From the human T2T-CHM13v2.0 reference genome, Homo sapiens: a stretch of DNA of 64,000 nucleotides. The notes under the pieces were generated by a model. It ran no database searches. It worked only from the letters and a program-made list of their open reading frames with translations, and was not told the DNA's origin. A program made the translations under genes and the position numbers. Below, in pieces: positions 48,219 through 64,000 of this stretch. The number at the start of each line of letters is the position of its first letter. Position 1 is the first letter of the stretch. The DNA lies in NCBI RefSeq assembly GCF_009914755.1, contig NC_060926.1; one strand, given 5' to 3'.

Positions 48219-49692
48219 CTGAAAGAAAGAGGATAGAACGTTATTTTTACATGTTTGCTCTTAGCCATTGCCTCTAGGAAGTCACCTGCCTCCAAATGTG
48301 GGTCAGGTTGTTTTTTAGATAGTGAGTATCCCAAGAGAAAGGGCTAAGGACATTCAGCTTGAGCTACTTTTACATGCCATACCGTACAATGAACTGTGCT
48401 AACAGGCATGTGAGAAGTATGAGGACCCCACAACTGCTGCAGGCCCACATAATTACAGATAATATACTTCGATATCTACGTTTAGAAACTCTCATCTGCG
48501 ATATTACCTTTCACACTTGTTTTCCCTGTTCTGGCCAAATGCTTATTTTTTTTCCCATTCTCACTATTTCCTTTACATACCACTGCATCCATCCATTCTT
48601 TAAGCTTTTTTGTTTCTAAGTAAATGTCAGTTGGTATCCAACAGGTGCTCCCTACCAGTTCTTCAGCTCAACCCTGAAATGTCCCTTACATTCTCCCAAA
48701 CCACAGAGTTCAGGGCTTCTCAGCTAAGGGTTCTGGTACTTCTGAGAGTACTCAGCAGTATGACAAAAGGAAAAAACACAGTACACCTCTTTGGGATATA
48801 AATTTTTCTTGAAAATGTGAAGGGAAAGTTTTTAGATTTAGTTTTTTTCCCCAGGTAAAAAATGTAAAATATTTAATTAATCAGGTACACAGCAGAGTAG
48901 GATTGCAAAATTTCACAAAAAAACCTTAAAACAGAAGACTTCAGAATAAATGTTCGCAACTAAGGCTGGGTGCGGTGGCTCATGCCTGTAATCCCAGCAC
49001 TTTGGGAGGCCGAGGCGGGCAGATCATTTGAGGTCAGGAGTTGGAGACCAGCCTGGCCAACATGGTGAAACCCCGTCTCTATTAAAATAAAAAAATTAGC
49101 TGGGGGTGGTGGTGCCCGCTTGTAATCCTAGCTACTCGGGAGGCTGAGGCAAGAGAATGGCTCGAACACGGGACGTGGACGTTGCTGTGAGCCAAGACTG
49201 CACCACTACACTCCAGCTTGGGTGACACCGTGAGATTCTGTCTCAAAAAAAAAAAAAAAAAAGTTTGGAACTAGAGAGCTGCTTGAGGTAACCTATCCCA
49301 AGAGATGCACATCTGCTCTCCTCAGAGAAACCACAGAGCAGCACTGCCTACCCCCGGAAGGCAGTTCTTGACGCTAAAACCAAACACGAACCGGACTCCG
49401 GACTCCTCAAGGACACGGACTGTTTTATCTAGATTTATATATCACACTAGGGTCGAATCGAGCATCTAGTAGCTGCTCAATAAATTCTAGCTAAATGACC
49501 ACTATGGACACTGGCTTCTACTCCCTTTACAGTTATCCTTCTCTCTCAAACCTACTATCTTCACTTGCAGGTATCAGTGACTGTTTGATCTTTTTTTATT
49601 ACCGTGACTAATGTACTGCTAGCATTCAATAAATCATGATCAACAGTTTGGCATTTCAGTTTGAAAATCAGCAAATTAAAAGGAAGAAAAAC

Positions 49693-49851
49693 CTGTTGTC
49701 CACTGATTGTTGCCACAGGAATGGCTGAAGCTTGAGGGATGCTACTCTCCATGGTAACGGTAACCTGCCCTGGAACCTTGGGGGGAAGTGACAGGGTAGA
49801 AGGTGGAGCAGGAGCAATGGGACGGCTAGGCATGGTGGGCTTCGGGGGCGG
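49693..49851 (-). CDS. SAP130: SAP130 exon 4 (PPPKPTMPSR...ATISGQQ)
   Basis: TTTGCAG| acceptor, CAG|GTTTTT donor; 159 nt, phase 0-0. Confidence 0.96.
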
Positions 49852-50330
49852 CTGCAAACAGAAAACCACACAAAACATATCAATGGCCTCATACTGGTGA
49901 TGCATTTCAATCCACAATTAAGAGTGCACAAATCGAACCTGGAAAGTGCCAGGAAAGATGCCGTAAGCTTTATACATTTTATCTATTATCATCACAGTGT
50001 TTCCACTGAAGTACTAGCATTTCTATTTCACAGATAAAGAAACATACAAAGCAAGGCTAACTGACTTGCTCAAAGCCACACACACAGTAAGAAGTAGAAC
50101 TGGGAATAAAGCCCAGAGCTGTATGGCTCACAGCCCACACCCTTTCTTCTACATGATGCTGCCTCCCAAGTTTGGGTGGATTGAACAAAACTCCCAGTAA
50201 CTGAAACACAACCCCAAGGTAATACACAGGCAATATTCTCAGAAACCCCCAAATTAACCAGTTATTAAAACAAACCTTAAAGAAGAGTGCCACTCCACTT
50301 GGTCCCATGGTACTGGGTTATCTGAACTTA

Positions 50331-50750
<420 letters not shown>

Positions 50751-50983
50751 TCAGTATCAAAATGGATAACAGCAAAGATCCTATGATGCCAACTGCCCAG
50801 CAGCACAAGACAAGGCACTGCAGAAAATCAGGGCTGAGTTACAGAAAGGAGCTGAACTCATATGTCATAAAGAAAAAATGAAATGTGATCCTAAGATACA
50901 GCCTAAGATTTTATACAAATTGTTACAAACATTAGCCAGTCTCGAGCTCTGGTTCAGTGTGAAGTTTTAACCCTCTCCATTAC

Positions 50984-51219
50984 CTTCATAAGTCCCTCCG
51001 AAAATGAAAGTGGCACTGCTGGCGTCAGGTGTGCTGGCGGGGCTGTCACTGCAACAGGTGTGGCTGATGCGACAGCATGGTGTGTCGACAACATCTGCAC
51101 CTGTGGATAGGGCCTTACCACAACAGGCTCTTGCTTCTCCTCCCGGGACTGGAGGGAGCTGCTGGAACTCATGTGCTCCCTGGCACTGACTTCAGAATCT
51201 CGACCAGATTCATCATTGA
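50984..51219 (-). CDS. SAP130: SAP130 exon 3 (NDESGRDSEV...SFSEGLMK)
   Basis: TTTACTAG| acceptor, |GTAATG donor; 236 nt, phase 1-0; ORF 50954..51232. Confidence 0.97.
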
Positions 51220-51579
51220 CTAGTAAAGACATTAAGAGTGAGACAGTATGTCACAGTCTCCCAGTGTAAGATAGCAGCACAGACAAGAGTGGTACCTGAA
51301 GTTAAATCTCAGGATTGACAAAGTGGCCATTTCCTTGTGATGTTTTCTTAACAAGGTCAATATGGGCACTGGATTCTCCTGATGGACATCAGACAAAAGA
51401 GCCACAACTGTGGAATATAGAATTTATTCTGGATATTGTAGCCTTATGAACAAACTACCTGAAAATCATCTAAAATGAGCTGAAATAGTTAAAAGTACAA
51501 TACAGGATGTAAGACAATTTCATTTAAAACATCCTCTTAGAAAGTTATAAAAGCCTGACATTAAAAAGATATTTTATGC

Positions 51580-53260
<1,681 letters not shown>

Positions 53261-53399
53261 TCATATTTGTCTATAATTTTTCCAAAATAATTTTTTTTCT
53301 GAGCATAAAGATAATATTTACTTATGTAGAGAATTTAAATTATTTGGAGTACCATAAACAAAGTAATGTTGCCCCCAAACTTACCCCACAAAGGCACCA

Positions 53400-56314
<2,915 letters not shown>

Positions 56315-58218
56315 TGAGACGGAATCTTGCTTTGTTGCCCAGGCTGAAGTGCAGTGGCGCTATCTTGGCTCACTGCAAGCTCTGCCTCCCAAAGTTCAAG
56401 TGACTGTCCTGCCTCAGCCTCCCGATTAGCCGGGATTACCGGCACCCACCACCACGCCCAGCTAATTTTTGTATTTTTAGTAGAGACAGGTTTCACCATG
56501 TTGGCCAAGCTGGTCTCGAACTCCTGGCCTCAGGTGATCTGCCCACCTCAGCCTTCCAAAATGCTAGGATTACAGGCATGAGCCACTGTACAATTAGCCT
56601 GGCCTCGGCTAATTTTTGTATTTGCTGTAGAAACGGGGATTTGCCATGTTGCCCAGGCTTATCTCAAACTCCTGAGCTCAAAGCGATCCACCTGCCTTGG
56701 CCTCCCATGGTGCTGGGATAACAGGCATGAGCCTACTGCACACAGCCTTTATTCCCCCATAATGATGTTATGATCTTCCAGCACTATTTTACTGAAAAGA
56801 CCATCAGGCGCAGTGGCTCATGCCTGTAATCTCAGCACTTTGGGAGGCTGAGGCGGGCAGATCAAGAGGTCAGGAGATCGAGACTATCCTGGCTAACACA
56901 GTGAAACACCGTCTCTACTAAAAAATACAAAAAATTAGCCGGGCACGGTGGTGGGCGCCTGTAGTCCCAGCTACTCAGGAGGCTGAGGCAGAATGGTGTG
57001 AACCTGGGAGGCAGAGCTTGCAGTGAGCCGAGATCATGCTACTGCACTCCAGCCTGGGAGACAGAGTGAGACTCCGTCTCAGAAAAAAAGAAGACTATCA
57101 TTTCCCTATTGAATTACTTAGGAACTTTTATCAAAAATCAATTGGCTATATATATCTGGTTCTATTTCTAGATTCTCTACCTGAGTTGTTATGGAAGATA
57201 GAGTCTTCTGTTATTCTAGAGAATAATAATATTCTCTAGAATATTCTAGAGAAAATAACATCTAAGTTGAAACTTGAAAAAAGAAGGAATTAGCCAAATA
57301 AGTAAGTATATGGAAAGAAACAAGGAAGACTATGGCAAAAGGAAAAGAATGTGCAAAGTCCCAAAGTCGTGAAATTGGGAATTTTTTAATCATTTATTTA
57401 GAAATATGAGTAGATACCATCGAGCAGGAGTCATAAGTAGCTTAAAGTCACTTCAAGTCTAAAGAGAACTAAAATAAATTTATAACAAAAACTAAGTTGG
57501 CGGCCACCCAAGTGGCTCACACCTGTAATCCCAGAATTTTGGGAGGCCTAGGCGGGAGGATTCCTTGAGGCCAGGAGTTTGAGACAAGCCTGGTCAACAT
57601 AGCAAGACTCCATCTCCATTGGAAAAAAAAAAAATTAGGTTGGCAGGAGGAAGGCTAAATAGTAAGAAATGAGGCTGGAACATTAGACAAGGGCCATAGC
57701 TCATAAGAAAACGCAGAGCAATTAAAGATGCTTCCAGCTCAGCACAGTGACTCACACCTGTGATCCTAACACTTTGGGAGGCTGAGAACGGAGGATTACT
57801 TGAGTCCAGGAGTTTGAGACCAGCTTCGGCAACATTGTGAGATCCCCTCTTTACAAAAAAATTTAAAATTAGCTGAACATGTGGCTGGGTGTGGTGGCTC
57901 ATGCCTGTAATCCCAGCACTTTGGGAGGCCAAGGAGGGTGGATCACTTGAAGTCTGGAGTCCGGAGTCCGAGATCAGCCTGGCCAACATGGTGAAACCCT
58001 GTCTCTACTAAAAATGCGAAAAAAAAAAAAAAAATTACCCAGGCATGGTAGCGCATGCCTGTAATCCCAGCTACTCAGAGGCTGAGGCACAAGAATCACT
58101 TAAACCCAGGAGGCAGAGACTGCAGTGAGCTGAGATCGCACCACTGCACTCCAGCCTGGGCCACAGAGTGACACTCTGTCTCAAAAAAATTAAAAAAATA
58201 AAAAATAAAATAAAATTA

Positions 58219-58332
<114 letters not shown>

Positions 58333-58482
58333 CTACTGGTTTGAGCAATGAGTAGACAGTGGTATCATTTACCATAAGGAACACCAGAATCCAGTGGTGA
58401 AGAAAAAGGAATAGAAAAGCATTTATTTCACTTTGCAATGTCATATATTTACTTAATACATAGAGAAAAAGAGTATTTGAAG

Positions 58483-58700
58483 GAATTCCTCAACTTCAGC
58501 ACTGCTGACTGGACTGGATACTTCTCTGTTGTGGGGGGCTTCCCATTACCTTGCAGGATGTTAAGCAGTATCCCTGGCCTCTACCTATCAGATGCCAATA
58601 GTACTCTTTAGTTGTGACAACCAAACTGTCTTTAGATATTGCCAAGTACTCCCCTGGAGGAAAAATCACCTCCCCAAACACCTGTCACTGAGAACCACTA
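58483..58700. mobile_element. MER20 (hAT-Charlie)
   Basis: CAGTATCCCTGGCCTCTACC...GATGCCAATAG...GTTGTGACAACCAAA hallmark. Confidence 0.75.
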
Positions 58701-58752
58701 ATTTCTACCACTCAAAGGGTATAAGACTAAAAACCAAGTTTTATCTATGTGT

Positions 58753-59106
58753 ATACAATCAGCCCTCTGTATCCATGGGTTCCCTGATGTGAATTCAACC
58801 AACTTTGGATGTTAAATATTCAGGGGGGGAAAAAAACCCTGCTTGCATCTGTACTAAGCACATACAGACTTTTTTCTCTTGTCATTATTCCCTTAGCAAT
58901 ACAGTATAACAACTATTTACATACCATTTACATTGTAGGAGGTATTACAAGTAATCTAGAGATGATTTAAAATATACTGGAGGATAGGTATAGGTAATAT
59001 GCAAACACTATACCATTTTACATCAGAAAGTGGAGCATCATGGATTTTGGTATCTAAGGTGGGTCCTGGAAACAATCCCCCACAGACACCATAGGGAAAC
59101 CGCATA
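58753..59106. mobile_element. MER2 (Tigger) element
   Basis: CCCTCTGTATCCATGGGTTCC; ACAGTATAACAACTATTTAC; GTAATCTAGAGATGATTTAAA. Confidence 0.8.
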
Positions 59107-59484
59107 TCCTTTGTTTTCCACTTCTTTTCCTAGATAATAAACCCCTAAAAGACAAGATCTGTTCCTTAAACACCTCTGGGCTCCCTCACAGCACTAATGC
59201 TATACTCCTGGACATTAATTAAACAAGAATATATTAATGCATTTCAAAAACAGTTCTTACAGGCACGCTTTGCTATAAGTTGCATGTGTACTCTATGTGA
59301 ATGAAGTGGTTAAAACAGGAAGGAAAAAAAGCCTTGTTTAAATTAGAATAGTAATATACCCTTTCTTCAAATTCAAGAAACAAGAATTTACTAAAATCCT
59401 AGAAGAATCTGCTAATTTTTAAGTTAGAAAACTGGTAATATTCTTAAAGTAGGAAAAAATATATTAGAATATTACATATCTCAC

Positions 59485-59602
59485 CTGTAGCAGCTGGGTT
59501 TATCAATCCAGCAGAACCACTGTTTGCAATCTGAGAAGGGGCCTGGCTCAGCCCGGTAGAAGGGGCTCCTAACCGAGGAAACTGTTGAGAACTCATTTCC
59601 AC
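59485..59602 (-). CDS. SAP130: SAP130 exon 2 (VEMSSQQFPRLGAP...INPAAT)
   Basis: Acceptor TACTACAG|, donor |GTGAGA; 118 nt, phase 0-1; internal ATG at 59596; absent from ORF track. Confidence 0.96.
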
Positions 59603-60395
59603 CTGTAGTACATACAGTTATATGGTTATTACTAGATTCTGAGATCTGAATCAATACTGAGAAATTAAAGCATCTTTAGTACCTATGAGATAGTCCCTTG
59701 GAAAAGCAAATGCTGCATCATTTATTTAAAAACAATAACTTGGGATCAATATAAATGCAGACATTATCTAAACTACCTAAGTTTTCTACAAATATTGTTT
59801 ATACGGAGCTGGCGGGTACTATGACCCTCCATAAATACTTGTGGATTGCTATGCTAAAAAAATCACCATTGAATCCTGTACAAGAGTCACATGACAGGTA
59901 TTACCACAATGCATGTGTATTTCTCTGTGTAAAGTTTTATGGAAAATGGCATGTCTCTTTGAAACACTCAAATCTCACACCAAGGTGAACAGAACTGTGA
60001 TTAGTATGTCATAGGAACATTCGGAGGAAGATATCCAGCCCTAAGAAAAGATCCGATATCTTACATCCAGACCCGATGCAAAAGGAATTCTCCAATGCTT
60101 TTCGGCAAAGGCCTCCATTTACGGATTTCCTTTTCCTTCTCTTCCACAGATCCCCTCACAGAGCCAGAGGACCCTACACCTTCTCCATCTTCCCTAAAAT
60201 CGCCCCCCACTTTTCCCTCAGGAGCCAAGCGATCTCCCGATTCGCCCGCAACCCCACCCCACCGCGAAGCCCCCGCTGAGACCGGAGGACGCCGGTTTCC
60301 AGACACCTCGGAGTGTGAGACCCCCGTCTCCGGGGTGGGGGTGCGGACGGGCGATCTGGGGACCCGACCACAAGACGAGCACTGTGCCTCTTTAC

Positions 60396-60467
60396 CTGTA
60401 GCCGCCGCCCGCCGCCCGCACCGCCCGCTTCTATCTCGCCGGCCTGGGGGTGCCGCGGAGGGCCCAT
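60396..60467 (-). CDS. SAP130: SAP130 coding first exon (exon 1b): MGPPRHPQAGEIEAGGAGGGRRLQ
   Basis: ATG at 60467 in gagATGg context; 72 nt; donor CAG|GTAAAG; phase 0. Confidence 0.92.
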
Positions 60468-60633
60468 CTCGGCGGCGGCGATGTGCTCGGCGGGCGCGGG
60501 GAGGGATCGCGGCGGCGGCGCCCGGGGCCCGCTGCTGTCCAGCCCCGCTGGCCCCACTCACCCCCGCCACCCGGCCGCCGCTGTGCTCGCAGTCCTCTTC
60601 CCCCGAACCTGCCCCTGCCTCCCCCGCCCGCCC

Positions 60634-60825
60634 ATTGGCCCCACGCCCGACGCGTCAGTGGAGGCCCAGGACCAATCCACAGCGACCTGCACGTTCAGAG
60701 CCCGCCCCACCCTCCCGCCGACTGCCAGCCAATCAGGCGCGAGCCTGGCCGGGGCAGCCCAAACCCCTCGAGGCTGAGCCAATGGCAGAGGAAGACAGGC
60801 GCCCCCGGCGAAGGGGGCGGGGAGC
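60634..60825. promoter_or_regulatory. Proximal promoter for exon 1b: four CCAAT boxes and GC boxes
   Basis: ATTGG 60634; CCAAT 60672, 60729, 60779; CCCGCCCC ~60701; GGGGCGGGG ~60814. Confidence 0.7.
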
Positions 60826-61243
60826 GGGGAGGCCCCGCCTCAGCCAGGGTCTGAAAGCGGCGGGCGCAGGGCCCGGATGTGGAGAGTCACTTTAAACTGC
60901 TCCAGGAGCCAAACTCCCTGGGCCGGCCGCCCGCCCGCCCGCCCGCCCGCGCTCCCCCGGCCGCTCTGCTTCCCCGCCAAGGCCCACGTCCGCCACGCCC
61001 CCACGCCCGGGTCAGCCCACCCCTCCCGGTGCCTCTCCCTTCCTCGCCACAGGACACCCAGCCCCTGTCGCCGGCCCAACCGCCGTGACCAGCTCGCGAA
61101 AGAGCCGCGGTCCGAGCCGCAGGAGACGAGGATCCTCTGCCCTTCCCCGGGGACGCGCAACGGGACGGACGCTGCAGCCCGGCTCAGCCGCCCCGCCCCC
61201 TCGTCTCCTCCCCTTCCCTCCCGGGCGCCCGTCCCGCCATTAC

Positions 61244-61400
61244 CTGGGTGCTGCGCCCAGTGGCCGCCGCGCCGCCTTGAGCTCGCTCCCGCGCGCTCTC
61301 CGTCTGTGGGGCCGACGTCCCCAGGCTCCGGACCCGCAGCCACCGCCGGGGAGCTAGCACTCTGCCCCCCACCCCTCACTCCAGCGCCGCTGCTTCCGCC
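61244..61400 (-). other. SAP130: Upstream alternative first exon (exon 1a), no ATG; 5' boundary approximate
   Basis: Donor CAG|GTAATG at 61244; CCAAT, GC box and ZNF143 motif lie just upstream; translation would begin at the exon 2 ATG (59596, MSSQQF). Confidence 0.7.
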
Positions 61401-61419
61401 GCCGTAACGAGCCTCCCGT

Positions 61420-61535
61420 CTATTGGCTGGCGCAGGCCCCGCCCCCTGCCGAGTCAGCCAGTCGCCGGTGGTCGTGAGCGGGAGAGCGGACGGGCCCGCC
61501 CCTCTGAGCCGCGGCGTCCTGTGGGAAATGTAGTC
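61420..61535 (-). promoter_or_regulatory. Promoter for exon 1a: CCAAT, GC box and ZNF143/THAP11-type motif
   Basis: ATTGG 61422; CCCCGCCCCC 61437; TGGGAAATGTAGT 61522-61534 = ACTACATTTCCCA on the minus strand. Confidence 0.75.
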
Positions 61536-62929
61536 GCCGGAGTCAGGAGGGCGGGCCGCGAAGGAGGTGGAGAGCGCCGGGGCGGGGCCGCAGGCGACCC
61601 GGCCAGGGCAACACACCCCTTTGCTGTCTGAAGTCGGTTCTGCCTTTTCTCTTGGCTAAGTGAGAAGACAGTGGATCCCACCCTATGCCTTAACCTGAGG
61701 GCACTGGGTTTCATTTTCCCCGCGGGGAGGCGCGGCGCGGGAAAGGGTAATGGAGGCCAACTGCGGCGGCCAAGGGATCCGCGGGCCGGGCCAGTGTCGT
61801 GACGGTGCCCGCCTCCCTATGCCGCGAGTGGGACTCGGTGTCCCCACCGGGAACCGCGGTCGGCACAGCCTACGCGCGGCGGGAGCCGCCAGGCGCAGCG
61901 CGGGCGCGGCTCTGTGAAAGCAGGCCGGCAGGGCGCAGGGCTCTGGGCGGCCGGGGCGCACCTGCGCGCGCTTTCCGGATTATAAAGGAGCTGAAGGGGG
62001 CAGTTTTATTTTGTCATTTTGCTTGGGGTTCAGGGTTGGAGTTTATGCACCTGTAGAAGACTTAGCCATATCTTTTGAGGCCACATTTGTGTCTGATAAG
62101 AGATTAAGTCTCCCTCTTCCCTTACCAGATGGTAATTTAGGCCTGGAGTTTTGTGATTAGTTAGGAAATAAATGGGGCTCAAACCCCCCTCTTCCTATCA
62201 TGCACAGCTGTGTAAGACAACTGCTTGGTTAGAAGAGAGTAGCTCCTGGCTATAGCCCAGGGATGAGTCTCAGATACTCCTCCTCTTCAAGCCACTTTCC
62301 TTTTCCACCTTCATGCCTTCATTCTCAAACTTCTAAAGAGTGACTCCTGTGATAGACTTCAGCCTCCTCTCTGCCTAGGCAGTCCTTATCCCTTTTGGAG
62401 TTGCCACTCTTCTCAGACTGCTCCCCAAAAGTTGCCAACACCTACTCAACTTCAAACCCATCGGTCCTCACTTAGATCTCATCTTGTTTAGCTTACTGAC
62501 CAGTAGTAATTCCTCCTCATGTCTTCCCTTGGCCTCTAGAACCAGGCTGTCTCCTGCTTCTACTCCTATGTCAAGCTCCATTATACCTCCTCTTTCTCAT
62601 AAATACAGCATTCTTCAGGGCTCCAACACGCTAATGCTATACTGCCTTCCTAAATGGTTTAATGTATTTCCACAGTTTCAAATGTCATCCTTTTTGTTTT
62701 TTGTTTTTTTGAGACAGGTTCTCAGTTCAGCCCAAGCTGAAGTCCAGTGGCGTGATCACAGCTCATTGCAGCCTCGACTTCCTTGTCTCAACTAACTTAT
62801 TGCCTCAGCCTCCTGAGTAGCCAGGACTGCAGGCGCATGCCACCACACCCCACTAAACATATATATATGCCAGGCACGTGGCTCATGCCTGTAATCCCAG
62901 CACTTTGGGAGGCCGAGGCAGGCGAATCA

Positions 62930-63400
<471 letters not shown>

Positions 63401-64000
63401 TTATAGGCATGAGCCACTACACCCAGCCTCAAATATCTTTGAAAATGTTACCTATGCATAGGTGACCTCTCCGAGTTGTATACCTATATTTCCGCCTGAT
63501 GGGCCAATCCACACAGAAGTCTTAACAAGCCCCTCAAAGTTAATGTATTGAACACCTTTATTGGTTTGCCTCCCCTGTGTACTCCCCTTGATACCTGGGT
63601 TTACTTACTGGCATCACCATCCTTTCTGTCTTCAGCTTCATATATGTTCCACACTCTTCCATCTCCCACAGCCGCCATATTACATTGATATGCACCTCTG
63701 CCTCCTTTTCTATTGTTTCCATAGCTGTGGCTCAAGCTGCCATTATTTCTTATCTGAATTGCAGCAATGCTGCTGCCCCCACTGAAATCTCTTCCTACAC
63801 CCACTATGTCCTCCAGAATTCTTTTTCTAAATCACTAATCTGGATCTATCCTTCCCATCCACGATGTTTCCATATCTTCGGAATATATTCCAAATCCCTA
63901 TGCCCATTATCCAAAGGCCTTAATAATTTAGTCTCTCCTGCCTCTCCAGACACTGGATACTCTGCCAACAACAGTTTCTACTAGTTATCTGCGCAGTTTG

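Larger units (their letters stand above)
60230..61975. promoter_or_regulatory. CpG island / SAP130 promoter
   Basis: Abrupt very GC- and CpG-rich block spanning both first exons. Confidence 0.95.

Noticed and set aside
60061-62056. Long ORFs (up to 266 aa) on both strands in the CpG island
   Set aside because: Stop-codon scarcity in GC-rich DNA; low-complexity Pro/Arg/Gly/Ala products; only 60396-60467 is supported as coding

Overview
Primate, almost certainly human, genomic DNA with no prokaryotic features. The window holds the 5' part of SAP130 (Sin3A-associated protein 130) on the minus strand. A CpG-island promoter (~60.2-62.0 kb) carries two alternative first exons. Fifteen coding exons run from 60467 to 11252 and splice in consistent phase into the SAP130 N-terminal Pro/Thr/Ala/Ser-rich region, which I recognise from memory; the 3' exons lie left of the window. 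The introns are dense in Alu, L1, L2, MIR, MaLR/ERV LTR and DNA-transposon relics, and most ORF-track entries are Alu- or GC-derived artefacts. The most notable observations are: (1) an intact solo ERVL-type LTR whose U3 has expanded into an ~18-copy 41-bp minisatellite made of CGACTCA/TGACTCA (methyl-AP-1/AP-1) sites; (2) an Alu that has folded back on itself into an 85-bp-arm hairpin; (3) a candidate poison exon in intron 10; (4) unusual splice signals (GC donor, two NAGNAG acceptors, a duplicated donor, a palindromic donor); (5) an ATG-less but in-frame upstream first exon with a Kozak-context CUG. Repeat family names come from recalled consensus sequences and need RepeatMasker/Dfam confirmation; repeat boundaries are approximate unless a TSD is cited.
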